Source of the DNA: Podarcis filfolensis
Taxonomy: Eukaryota
NCBI GenBank assembly: GCA_964270895.1
Contig: OZ185436.1
Reading direction: 5' to 3' (one strand)
Length of the DNA: 64,000 bases
Shown: positions 32,601-44,600 of the stretch, one piece after another
How positions within the stretch are numbered: position 1 is the stretch's first letter
Layout of the letters: each line of letters starts with the position of its first letter
Notes under the pieces: generated by a model
What the model saw: the letters and a program-made list of their open reading frames with translations, nothing else
Told to the model about the DNA's origin: nothing
Databases searched by the model: none
Made by a program: the position numbers and the translations under genes

Positions 32601-35600
32601 TTTACAAAATGTTCCATACCTATGTCTGAGAAAAGTTAAAGAAGTCATAATATTACAGACTGTAGAACGCATATGGAAAACCCATGGCCATCTGCTGTGG
32701 GAACACAAACTCCTATAAGCTCCAACAACCATGTCAATGGTGGGGGATGATGAGCACTGTAGTTCAGTAACCAGTGTTAGAAACTGAGATATGAAAACTA
32801 GGAGCTAAATGGCACCTTAAACCTAGGTTATGGGTACCGCAACTGAGTGTCTAGGTGTGCTTCTTAATAACAAGAATACAAAGCTGAAAATTAATAAACT
32901 ACAGCTAAAATCTTATGTTCATTTTTCACATGGTCTAGTCCTCATCTGAAGGCTGCAAAAAACAAAGCCATACTTCCCCTGCCTGCCCCCCTAATATTCT
33001 TATGAGGGTCCCTTCTCCAGTCTTCAGAGAGTGGTTGGAAGTGGGGAGGCAGAAAAAGGTCCTCCTTTCCTTCCAGCAGTGGCAGTTTTAATCTGAAATC
33101 TTAGGTACAAGTACTGTACCCAGAGCTCAAAAACTGCTTGCATTAATGAAATTCTCTGTTGCAAAATGCGCCTGAACAATGGGAGTTGCGAACGCTGTCA
33201 GCAACGTCTGGAGGGCCATAGGATTCCTATAGGAAACCTTTGATAGCAGGAAAATATATAGGAGGGTGAAATAACAGACTTCCATTCCTCAGAGGCAGTG
33301 GGGGAAATTCTCTCTCTAAAAAAGTACCTATCCTACCGTACACACAATGACTGTTTTGCACACATAAACACCCCCCTCGACTGTACCAAAGGACCAAAAG
33401 GGGGGAGGGGGCATTCAATATCCATCTCAGCTAATAGCAAAGTTAATTTAGGCACATCTTTGTCTCACACAGAACATTACGGAATTGCTTCCTATCCTCT
33501 ATCCTATTTTTCTGAATGAAAACTGAACATTTTTACCCAAGAAAACAACAGTATATATTGCTTTTTAGCTGAATTTTAAGACACCTACCCTGGGTAAGAT
33601 CTTGGTCTTTGTAGATCTGTTGTATAACTGCATTAATATCTTCAATTGCTTTACGGCGTTCTTCTGTCTTCTTTGTTTTATTAGCAACATACTCCTGCAT
33701 TGCAGAAAAGCTTATGAATACTCAATAGTGCATAATACCATACTGGCCTGGCCCAATGCACAACATGCTAGGATTACTATACAGTACAATCAAAGCTATG
33801 CCTTCCTTTCCTTTCCCCCATCTCTCTCAAAAGCAAGAACTAAGGTAATGGTGTGGATGTGTTGTGTACTGAAAAATGCAAGAGCAGCACAGATGAACTG
33901 AGAGATGCTGATGTTTTCTACTCTGACAGTCATCCAAAAGTACATTTTTTGCCCCACTTGAAATAATTAAAAACCAAATGACAAGGAGGGATTGGGGAAA
34001 ATGAAGCAAAGTGCCACATCTAGCTTTGCATGTTAATATCTAAAGGAAAATGGAATGCTCAAAGGGGAAAAAAAGCCGACCTGGAGGAAGTCAGCTGTTT
34101 GCTGGGGCAGCTTGGTTCCAACAAATGCAAAGTGTTCCTTGTGGAATTTGCTCTCCAAATGGTTGGTCATCTCATCCTCATAGAAAGTGCGATACTTGCA
34201 CAACGAACATACAAACTGAATCCTGTTAAGACATATCAAATAAAGAAAAATATTTTTATCTGCACAGCAGTAATTTGAAAACTTCCAGTTTCCTTTATGT
34301 AGTCAAGCTGATATAGTTTACTATAGCAAAGAACTACAATACACTAGGTGTGCTTGAATAGGCAACACTGCTGTCTTATTCCCAATTGAACTCTTTATAG
34401 ACCATGTATCCTGAAACTGTTGTTGGTGAATATGTGAGACCATCAGCCCTCCAACTTCTTGTTCTAACCCTACCAGCAATCCCCAAGACTGCACAGAACT
34501 TCAGTACAGCTGTGATGTAGAGCACTGGAAGGGCATTGGCTTATTATTATTATTTAAACAGAGAATTGCTTATTTTTAAATGTTATAATACCTTTGAAAA
34601 ACTTTTGAAAGTACAACATGAAACATCAACCTCCAACAACTTGTTGGACTTACCTTTCCACCATCCGATCACGATACCTCTTTTTTTGCCTCTCTTGAGT
34701 TTTCTTACCAGCTTGCAATTTGCGCTTGATTTGACTGATCTCTTCTTGAATGGTCATAGCTCCTACATGAATAAGATCAGTTTATTTTTAAAGAATATCT
34801 ACTCATGGACCTTACTGAACTCCTGGGTAAGATTGGGCTCCAGGTTCCTAATCTACCTTCAATGAAGAGGCCATACTATAACTTATCTGTATACCGCTTG
34901 AATCGTTTAAAAAAAAAAATAGTCTGTAAATTTTCTAAATGAATACATAAAATAATTCACAAAGTGCTAGTTTCCTGGAGTTTAATCAGACTTGGAAGCA
35001 CAATTGCTACTTAAAGTTTTAAGACAAATATAATTGTTGGGAGACACAACTGTGGGATACACAAAACCAATTGTTCAGTGATGGTTTATATGAGAAGAAA
35101 AACATTTAGTTTGCCTCACAGGTTAATTGGAAAGTACTACATATTAAATAGGAATCTGCCTGGTCATTGGATAAAGGATAAAGTGTGAGTTACAGTTTAG
35201 ACGAACTCTGAGCTTGATCCCACACAGAAGAATTCTCTTCAGGTTATTCCAGGTATAAGTGTTGCTGTTTATATTATTATTTTTTATTACATTTGTATAC
35301 TGCTCTATACTCATAGATCTCAGTGCTGTCCACAAAATAGAATCACAGTATCAACAGCACAAAAATATAATAAAAAATAAGAACAGAAACAAACCAGCAA
35401 CCCCTCCTTCTATATTATGAGTTTGTGGGGTTCCTGGACCCCAGTTCTAACACATGGGTGCCAAACACTGGATTTAGCAAAAGGTTGTAGTACAGGCCAA
35501 ACCAGTTTCAAGTTCAGGAAAAAACCTCAGAGAAGAGCCATCAAGGAAAACAAAAGGAAGGTAATGGACGATTAACAAAGCAAATACAGTGGACGCTCGG

Positions 35601-38600
35601 GTTGCGAACATGATCCGTGCGGGATGCATGTTCGCAACCTGCGTCTGTGCACACGTGGGTTGCAATTCGATGCGCATGCGTGACTGCCGAAACCGGAAGT
35701 AACCTGTTCCACTACTTCCGGGTTTCGGCGGTCCGCAACCCAAAAAAAACACAACCTGAAGCGGCTGTAACTCAAGGTATGACTGTACTCTGTGCTGGAG
35801 GACTAATGGGTGTAAGCCTCTCCTTCAAGTCATAGCTAGCTTGCAGGACAAAGGCCAGGGTTGGAAGGAGAGTAGTGGTATAGGATTGCAGCTGGGAATG
35901 ATGTGAGGGAAAAGGTGGCAGTCTGTTAAAGGCAGCAAACTGGAGCAGGGTGACAGAGGGCCATGGCTGATTTCTGCTGGCATCTAAGACTGTGGGATGA
36001 AGCGAGTACATCTTGTAATGCTATAAGCGCTTACCATAGGCTCAGGTTGTATACATATGTAAATAAACCATATATCCAAGAAACCACAGTCTTTGCTGTG
36101 CCTCATTTCCAAGGGAAACACAAACACTGGGTAAGTGCCTGGACTTCTATAATCTTGCACCACTCGGAGATTAGGATGATGTGTAACAATATTCAGCATA
36201 GCCAACTGGCAGATTTTTATTGCTTCTGGGAGCTATTATTTTTGAATAATTTCACTGTCTGGAAGTGATCTGCTGTGCATGCTGAAGGCATAGCCACATT
36301 GGTACTGGAAACTAGTTCAAAACAGTTATAGCCTACCTCCACAAATAGTCTAGGGAATTGCTAGAATTAACATCACAATGTAAAACTCTTCTACCTGAAT
36401 ATTTTGATCATTGTAAATTTAACTAATTGTGTTGTACTCAAGATACATGTATTATTAGGGAATACTTGCTAGGTTAGTTCTGAACCAACATGTAAAAACT
36501 GAAACTTGGAATTTATCAATGGTTTATAAAATGCTCTAATACAATAATGCGTATCTCCTGCAATATTCCACACATCTTTTTTAAAAATCTTTATTGCATT
36601 TTTAAAAATTACAAAGAAAGCATATATTAAACATTACATCCAAATATTCAAAACTAAAAAGAAAAAATACAAAACAAGAAAAATATAAATATAAAAGATA
36701 CAAACAAAAAAGAAAGAAAGAAATTAATCAGTACACCAAATTATTCAAAGAATACAAACAGTGATTTGATTATTCTATACACCAAGTTCCCAGAAAGAAA
36801 TTGCACAATATTCCACACATCTTGTCACAAAAAATAACATAATCACCAGAAGTACCCTAATGCATGTACATTTGAACTTACCTTTCTCAGAGTCTCCTTT
36901 TCTTTCCTCATCTTCACCTCCTTCTCCCTCTCCCTCCTAAAATGTAATTAAAGACACTGAAGCATAGAGCTGCACTTGCTTACAGGCAAGGTAACAACAC
37001 ATGTAGAACTAACCTTTACATCAAGTAATCAGGAGTGCTGCTAGCTACCAAGATGATTTGGGGCTTAGACAAAAAACAGCCACTGTTCATAACCACAGTA
37101 CAAAATTACCATTTACTAGAAACATCAATATAGTAGACTGTGATTGTGAGTATCCTTTAAATTCGCTGCAACAATGAGCAATGAAAGAACCTGTAGCTGC
37201 ATCAGAATTTGTTTAAGAATTTCATGTTCTATGAAACCTCTCAAAATAATAAGATCTGCAATTAAAATTTGAAAATTGACACTAACTACATTTGGATAGT
37301 ATGGACTGAAATAGGACTCCGCTCAGTTCTGCACTGATCAAACTATAACTCTATGCTCAAACTCTAAGCCAGAGGTAAGGAACCTTTGGCTCTTCTAACG
37401 TTGTTGCACTTTAAATCCCATCAGCCCCAGGGCACATGGCCAATGGTCAGAGATGATGTAAGTTGTAGTCCACCAATATCTGGAGGGCCACTCCTGTTCT
37501 ATGCCTTCTTAAGTTCTTAGCCATACACAAACATAGCTAAAAGGTGGGGGATTGTGTCAGCTGGCCTAACCCCCTATTGCTGCATCCATCCTATCACTAC
37601 ATCTGCCTCACACCAGTGCAAGGAATGCCATATTACAGTAGGGGGCCTTATGCATGTAGGCCAGATCTGATCTCTCACATTTGGGGAACACAATTTACAC
37701 AAATCAGACCTACATATATTGAGCTATATGTACACAAACCCCAACTTTAACATGCACTAACATCAGATGGGAACAGAGTCAGCTGGCACAATCCCAATCA
37801 CCTACAGTGTATAGCCAGCAATGCAATCCGTATAGGGTTCACTCTCTATTTGCACACTAACACTTTCTGTCCATCCTATATCTGAGCACAACATAATAAA
37901 TTATGTTAGTAATTATTTGGAAGCAGATGTATTTTGTAATAGATCTGTATGTTAAATCTTCAATAAATAACTGAAAAAACACAAGTATGTCTTCTCAGTG
38001 TCAGACCTGAAAGCAAAGTGAAGGAGTTACCCCAGTCTACATATCATGAGAATCATTAAAGGAGAGCCAATTATCAACAATTTAAATTAATATACTACTT
38101 ATTGTAGTGAGGCTGAGGAATGAGCTTGTGTTCACCTCGGGCACCAGTGCCTTGAGTCAGCTTTGTTCTTTAAACATTCATTCATCACCTAGTCACACTA
38201 GGTCTCTGAACAACAGAAAAAAGGAACTGTACATGGTCTCTCCCTAAACAGAAAGGCAAGCATGGCAGGACATCATTTGTAACTCTTGTTCCTATCGTAT
38301 ATGTATAAGACACTGGGATTATAAAACTTTGAAGCAAGACTAAATTCAGACTCACATTTTTAGAACCCTTCTCAGTAGCTTCTCCTTCAGGGCCCTCTTC
38401 TGAAAAGAACAACATATCAAGTAACAACACAGACTATAAAATGACTGTAACAGTGCAACCCTATATATGACTTCTCAGAAGCAAGTTCTACTGAGCTCAA
38501 TTATATTTGCTCCCAGCTAAGTGGGTATAGGATTGCAAGCCTGAAATATTTCACAAAAAGTTTTAATGAACATTAATAAAAAATAGCATACATGGCATCG

Positions 38601-41600
38601 GACACTGATACAGATTTCTAGAATATCTGGACTCTTTCCAGATCTCTTGTGGGGGGGGGGCAGAGGTACCTTTATTCATCTCTGGTTGGAATGCCAACTG
38701 GTTTCTAAATTTTGGACTAACATTTATAGGGAGATTCCAATATATGTGAAATTGTTATTGTAATGGCCCCACCAAGTTTCTCAGTTAAATCTCTAGGATG
38801 GCTGCTTCTGTAATTCATGCTCAAAAGACCTGCAATCAGAATCTTAACAACACAATGGTGAAAAACACCATTTGATACAAATGTATGAGGACAAACAGCA
38901 ATTTCAGAGATTACCCACTATTTAAAGGTCTCTAATGGCTCAGAAGACCCTGAAAATTATATGCTATGTGGAAGGACTTTATTTCTTATACTCTTAGTAC
39001 TGGTGCACAAAGTTGTCTGCCTGCACTGATGAGGGAAATCTGGTTGTCTTGATGCACCCTTTTCCTGAACAACCAAAGTATGATGTGAAGCTTACTTTTA
39101 TATTATATTCCTGTAATCATTGGTTTCTTACAGTTTAAATAAAGTTTTTAATTTTATTTTTTTAATGTTTCAATATTGGCAAACTCAGGTGCAATGAAAA
39201 GAAGACAAGGCAGGAGGCTTCAGTGACTTGCTCTTACCATTATCAGAGTCAGAGTTGTCAGAGCCATCAGTTTTTGCTGCCTTACTGTCAGGCTCATCAG
39301 AACTGTTAGCCTGTTTTCGTTTATTAGCAGTAGGCTCATTCTTTATTCTTTTTTTCTATGAATTGAAAGAAAAGACTGTTTTTACTCACATGCACAGTCT
39401 AAAAATTCTCTTATCACCAACCAAGAAATGTTCATTCATTCACATTTTAAGTTCTCTACACTCAAGAAAACTCATTTCAACAGGTACAGACATGCACACC
39501 TAACACCTGACCTATTTTATAAGAAACAAACGAATGAATCCCAGGTCACACTTCCTAGATATGACTAAAATCCAGTGATTAATCTTTTTGGTGTTAAGGC
39601 AGCATACTGAAGACAATGAGATTCCTAAAGAACAGCTTAAAATAAAGATGTGCCAAGCAGATGTAAGAGACAGAGAAGAAAAATGTTCCCTATAATAAAA
39701 CAGTTTAAATTACAAAACAGACTCCTTTGCACTCAGTTCTAGGCAGTTCTCCTGCTGGGCAATGTCCCTAAAAATGGGGCAGAAAACAGGTGGGAGAAGA
39801 TCACATAGGTACTTACTTTAAAATCTGCATCCCACATTTTCCAGTTTCTCCTCATTCGTTGTTTCATGCCGCCTCCTCCAAAGCGCATGTTGCCAGAGAA
39901 ACTTCGCATTCCCTGGAACATGTTGTATTCAGGGAATAGTTTGTGGGAGAAAAGGGATGGGGGCCTATTGGGGCCATGGCCCCGTCCTCCCATTGGCACT
40001 GGCGGTTCATTCCACTGTCCGCCCATGCGCCCAGAATATGCAGAAGCCATGGGTCTGTTATTTCGCCTGTCTCTGGCCCAGTTCTGACCCCGGTGGCCAA
40101 AGTTGTCACGTGCTCTGTTGTGGTAGTGGTCCCTGCGGTTCCCATAGGAGTTGTCATAGTGGCCTTCATAGGCATTGTCGGTGTCATGTTCAGCTTCACT
40201 GTAATCATAGCCGGATCTGTACAGATCACGGTCGTTTAGTGAAGGCCTTGAGTCGTAGGACTCATATGTATCATACCTGCAAGAATTGCACAGCAAGCAA
40301 GGAATCTAATCAGTAGCATATAGAGCACCATGTTAAAGTGTCTGCCAAAAATGGCAGTAAAACAGGTCACATTAAAGGAAACAACCTCTCATAAGTGTTC
40401 TAGAGTCAAGGTAATAACAAAGCTCAACTGAGGTTTTAACTCAGTATGAGAATTATACCCTTGGGCATTATAGCAGTGGGGAAGGACATAGAGGGGGCAA
40501 TCAACATAAGGCTACATAGAATTCTTGTTCTGTTTAGCCTCAGTCAATCATAGAAAGAGCATAGCACTCTGATCAGATTGACAAACATATCTTCAATTTG
40601 GGGGAGTCATACAAATTCTTAATTTTTCCCTTTTACTGGTTTCACACTCCAATCACTTCAGGTGTTCAGCTATGCAAAACAAGTGAAGTCACTGGATGCA
40701 AGGTCGATTCCCACAAATTATTAGCAGTTTGGAAAATAAAGTGGTTTTAGTAAGAAGAAAAGAAAGCAGAAATCATCTATATACTAAGAGATGCTTATAC
40801 ATGACATTTTGCTTGCAGGAAAGCTCAGTGCAGGCAAAATATGTGAGTACACCTTACAATTCCATTTTCTATGCTCACTATAATGAGTGGCTGAGACAAA
40901 CAAGTTGACTTGTTTCTATAAAGGAGAGCTTTGAACCAGCACAATTTCACAAGAATGTTCCATATGCTGCAGAAGAACTTTATATTTAAGCTACATACTA
41001 TGCATGTAAAATAGTACACAGGCTCTGAGACAAAGATGCAGTTGAATGCCAAAATCCACATTATTCCTGAAAGCATGTTGTTTCAATTGCTATGGCAGAC
41101 CAAAACAAAGTCATGTTGCACTTAATAAACCAGTACTGGGCACAAGTGCAAAAATCAACGGTCAAGCTTTGTATCAAGGATCTGAAAGCAAGGACATGGA
41201 AAGGAAACAATGGCTGAGGAGGAGACTTTAAAAACTAACTTTGAACAAAAAGTGTCATTCTAAAAGCTATCAGGGTAAGCTCAAATATTCCATCTATCAA
41301 CCCAAAGCTCTTGTGCCGATTTATATCATAGCACTACTCACTGTTGTAGCTGAGCCTTCTATGAAATTGTTTTCCAAAATATAAATCTATTTCAATTTCC
41401 TGCTATTTAGTCTCTAATGCTCACCTAGGCTCTCAAGTGAGAATTAACAGTGCTGGGTTAATATTCACCTAGTATGATAGAACTGAAAATAGGGAGATGC
41501 ATCACACTGGCTTCCAAATGTGCACAGGGTTGCAACTTCAGCAGAGCCTGACAACCTGAGTCAGTATCTGCAGAGGGGAGATTAAACTTTTATACTCTTC

Positions 41601-44600
41601 CAGCACATGATATCTGTAGTTTAAACACACAAATACTATTTGGCAAAACTATCTATAACAATTACCTTAGCCAAGAGATGCTGTTTTAATGAGTGCAAAT
41701 AGAGAGCACACACTACCAAAACCACATTTGATACTATGTAATCCCTTAAAGATTTCTGTAAATCTCCTGCATCTTCTATTTTTATGAAAATGTCATAAAT
41801 TAAAAACTGACACAATATCAGTAAGATATTAAGGAGAAGTGAAGGTATTTTAAAATAAAAAATATTAACATGCTCTATGATACTGTAGGCTACTTTTAGA
41901 ACCTGGTAAACAGTGACAACACAGAGAAAAGCAATACAGAATGCTATGCATAATTTACCCATTACAGTTAAACTACTATGCTTTGATTCCACTAAGCTGC
42001 ATGAATGTACACAAAACAGGTTATAATAGTGGCCCCTTGACACCTTTTCCAGAGGGAATGATACATACAATTTATTTAGACATAGTTCATTCACCTGACC
42101 TCTAGAAATGCATCCATGAAACAGGACTGTCAACCAATAAAACCCTAAATATAGCCATTCTAGTAAAGTGCACCAAATGTCTGGGAATCAATGTCTCTAA
42201 AACTGTTAAAATCTCAGGTATAAATGTGAAGCAAATACTTCTGACATCTTCTTATACCATATATCCAGCTTAACAGCAATAAGCACTAGTCACTTCAACA
42301 ATCCAAAGTAAACTTCCTTATGTATGAACAATAACTTAAGCAATTTATTAATGACTTCTAGGGATGAGAAATGTACTGAGGAAAGATTCTACAGAATTCT
42401 CTATTTACTTATTTTCTGTTTCAGTTGGCTGGAGCAAAATATTAAGAGAAACTTAAGTTATGGTAGCCAGCTAAAAACATATCCCATTAACGTTGATGGT
42501 ACCTGACATACACTCTGTGAAATTAGTGACCTAACCAAAACTAAATGAGGTTGTTAAAACCTGGTATTCTTTCAGAATATTTCATTACAATTAATTTATC
42601 AACTGTTACAGTATTAACAAACTTTTCTCACTAAAAGATGTGTACAGTGGTACCTCAGGTTAAGAACTTAATCTGTTCTGGAGGTCTGTTCTTAACCTGA
42701 AACTGTTCTTAACCTGAGGTACCACTTTAGCTAATGGGGCCTCCTGCTGCCGCCACAGTGCAATTTACATTCTCATCCTGAAGCAAAGTTCTTAACCTGA
42801 GGTACTATTTCTGGGTTAGCGGAGTCTGTAACCTGAAACGTCTGTAACCCGAGGTACCACTGTACAAGCACCTTATTTTCAAAGCTAAGGCAGAGGAAGT
42901 ACAACTTGGCTAATTCTGTCTCCTCCCCACCCCCCAGCTCTGTAAGCAACAGCAAAGATATGAAGCAAAGAGCAAGACTCTCAGTCGGAGAACAAAGGGA
43001 ACAGCTCTTAGGCAACAGCACATTAGATCAACATGTCTTTCAGAAACTGCCCTGATCTAGAACTATTACTGAACCTTGTCACCTTTGTCTCTACACTCAC
43101 CTGTCTCCACCTGAGCCATAATGTCCTCCTTGCATCGTGTCAGTTTCTAGATGAGACACCATATCTAAGCGCTTGTTAAATTTTGTTATTACATCAGCAC
43201 TGGTGCCAGTGGATGCGTTATAGTTCATGTCTGTATCTGAATTAGGCATTTCCCAAGAGTTTGAAGTGGCCATACCGTACCCATAATTGCCAGAGTTATC
43301 CTGACTGTATCCATATCCATAATTATAGTCCTCGTAACCTGAAATGAGAAGCAGTCACTGAATTTTTTGGTAAGCATAGATTGCCTGCCATACATAAGCA
43401 TCTAATGCAAGATTATCACTGTCAAGAATGCTCCTCTTCAGGATATAGCTGTGTCTAAAATGTCTGGACAAACATTTTCTGTAACTCCTACCAAATATTA
43501 ATCTTCTTACCTATGGAAAAAGTACATAGCAAATTTCCTGCTAAAGTCAACCTTCATTTTTATCTCATCTGCAAAAGGGCTCAGCTGCTACAGCATTGGT
43601 ATTACCTCCAACTATAGCACCATTAACAATACCGGCAGGTGTATCCTGATTGCTAGAGGGGCCCAAGGTGGCAGCCTCCATGAACAGCACATCTTAACTT
43701 GGATAATGATCCACCTCTCTTTAGGACTGGGGGGGGGGGGAGTTTTCAGGAGAGACACTCAGCACCTACCCCAGCATCTACAATTATTCATTTACATAAG
43801 AAATCTGCTGAATTTGTGGATAGCCAATAAAATATTCTCAAATCACTTAAAAAATTCTAGCAAGTGACACAACAGTGTCAATAAGAAGAGAACCTAATTG
43901 CAAGACACCATATTTCATCTTCACACAATACTGTAAGGACACAAATTTAGAACTAAAACTGATTAAGGGTGGAAATGAAAGTTCATCACATCCAGTAAAA
44001 TAAAGTTATTCAAGCTAATATTACTGACCACTTATAATTTATTTCATTTATGAATTGCTTCCCATCAGGCACCCCAAAGCCATTTACAATAGTAATTGGA
44101 CTGCAGAATACAATGCAGAACTGGATCCCCAGCATGCCTTCCATGATTTATATACTCCATTGTTACTGTCTCCATATCCACACTTCATAATTTGAAACTA
44201 ACACTGCATCCTATACATGTTTACTGGAAATCGCCCCATTCTGTTCCAAGGGGTTTAATTCCTGCTGTTTGTGCAATTATAGCTTAACAGTGTGATCCTA
44301 AATATGGTTATTCGGAAGTAATCCCATTTAATTTAGTGGGGCATACTCCCCCCAAACTCTATATAGTATTGCAGCTGAAATCTCTAAATTCCCATGAAAG
44401 TTCATGATGCTTTGTTATTCTTTGAATATTTGGAAAAGAGCTAGCAAGCAAGCGGAATTTGGCTATAATGCTATGCACATTTCTTGTGATAAATCTCAGT
44501 GAAGTAACTGGGCTATTTCTGAGTTAACATGAATATGATTGTTAGGATGTAGGAGGTGGAAGGAGATAAATTAATGCCCAAATTAAACATACAGATGATC

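Noticed and set aside
41636-42133. 165-aa minus-strand intronic ORF
   Set aside because: AT-rich intron, no homology recognised, no supporting exon boundaries.
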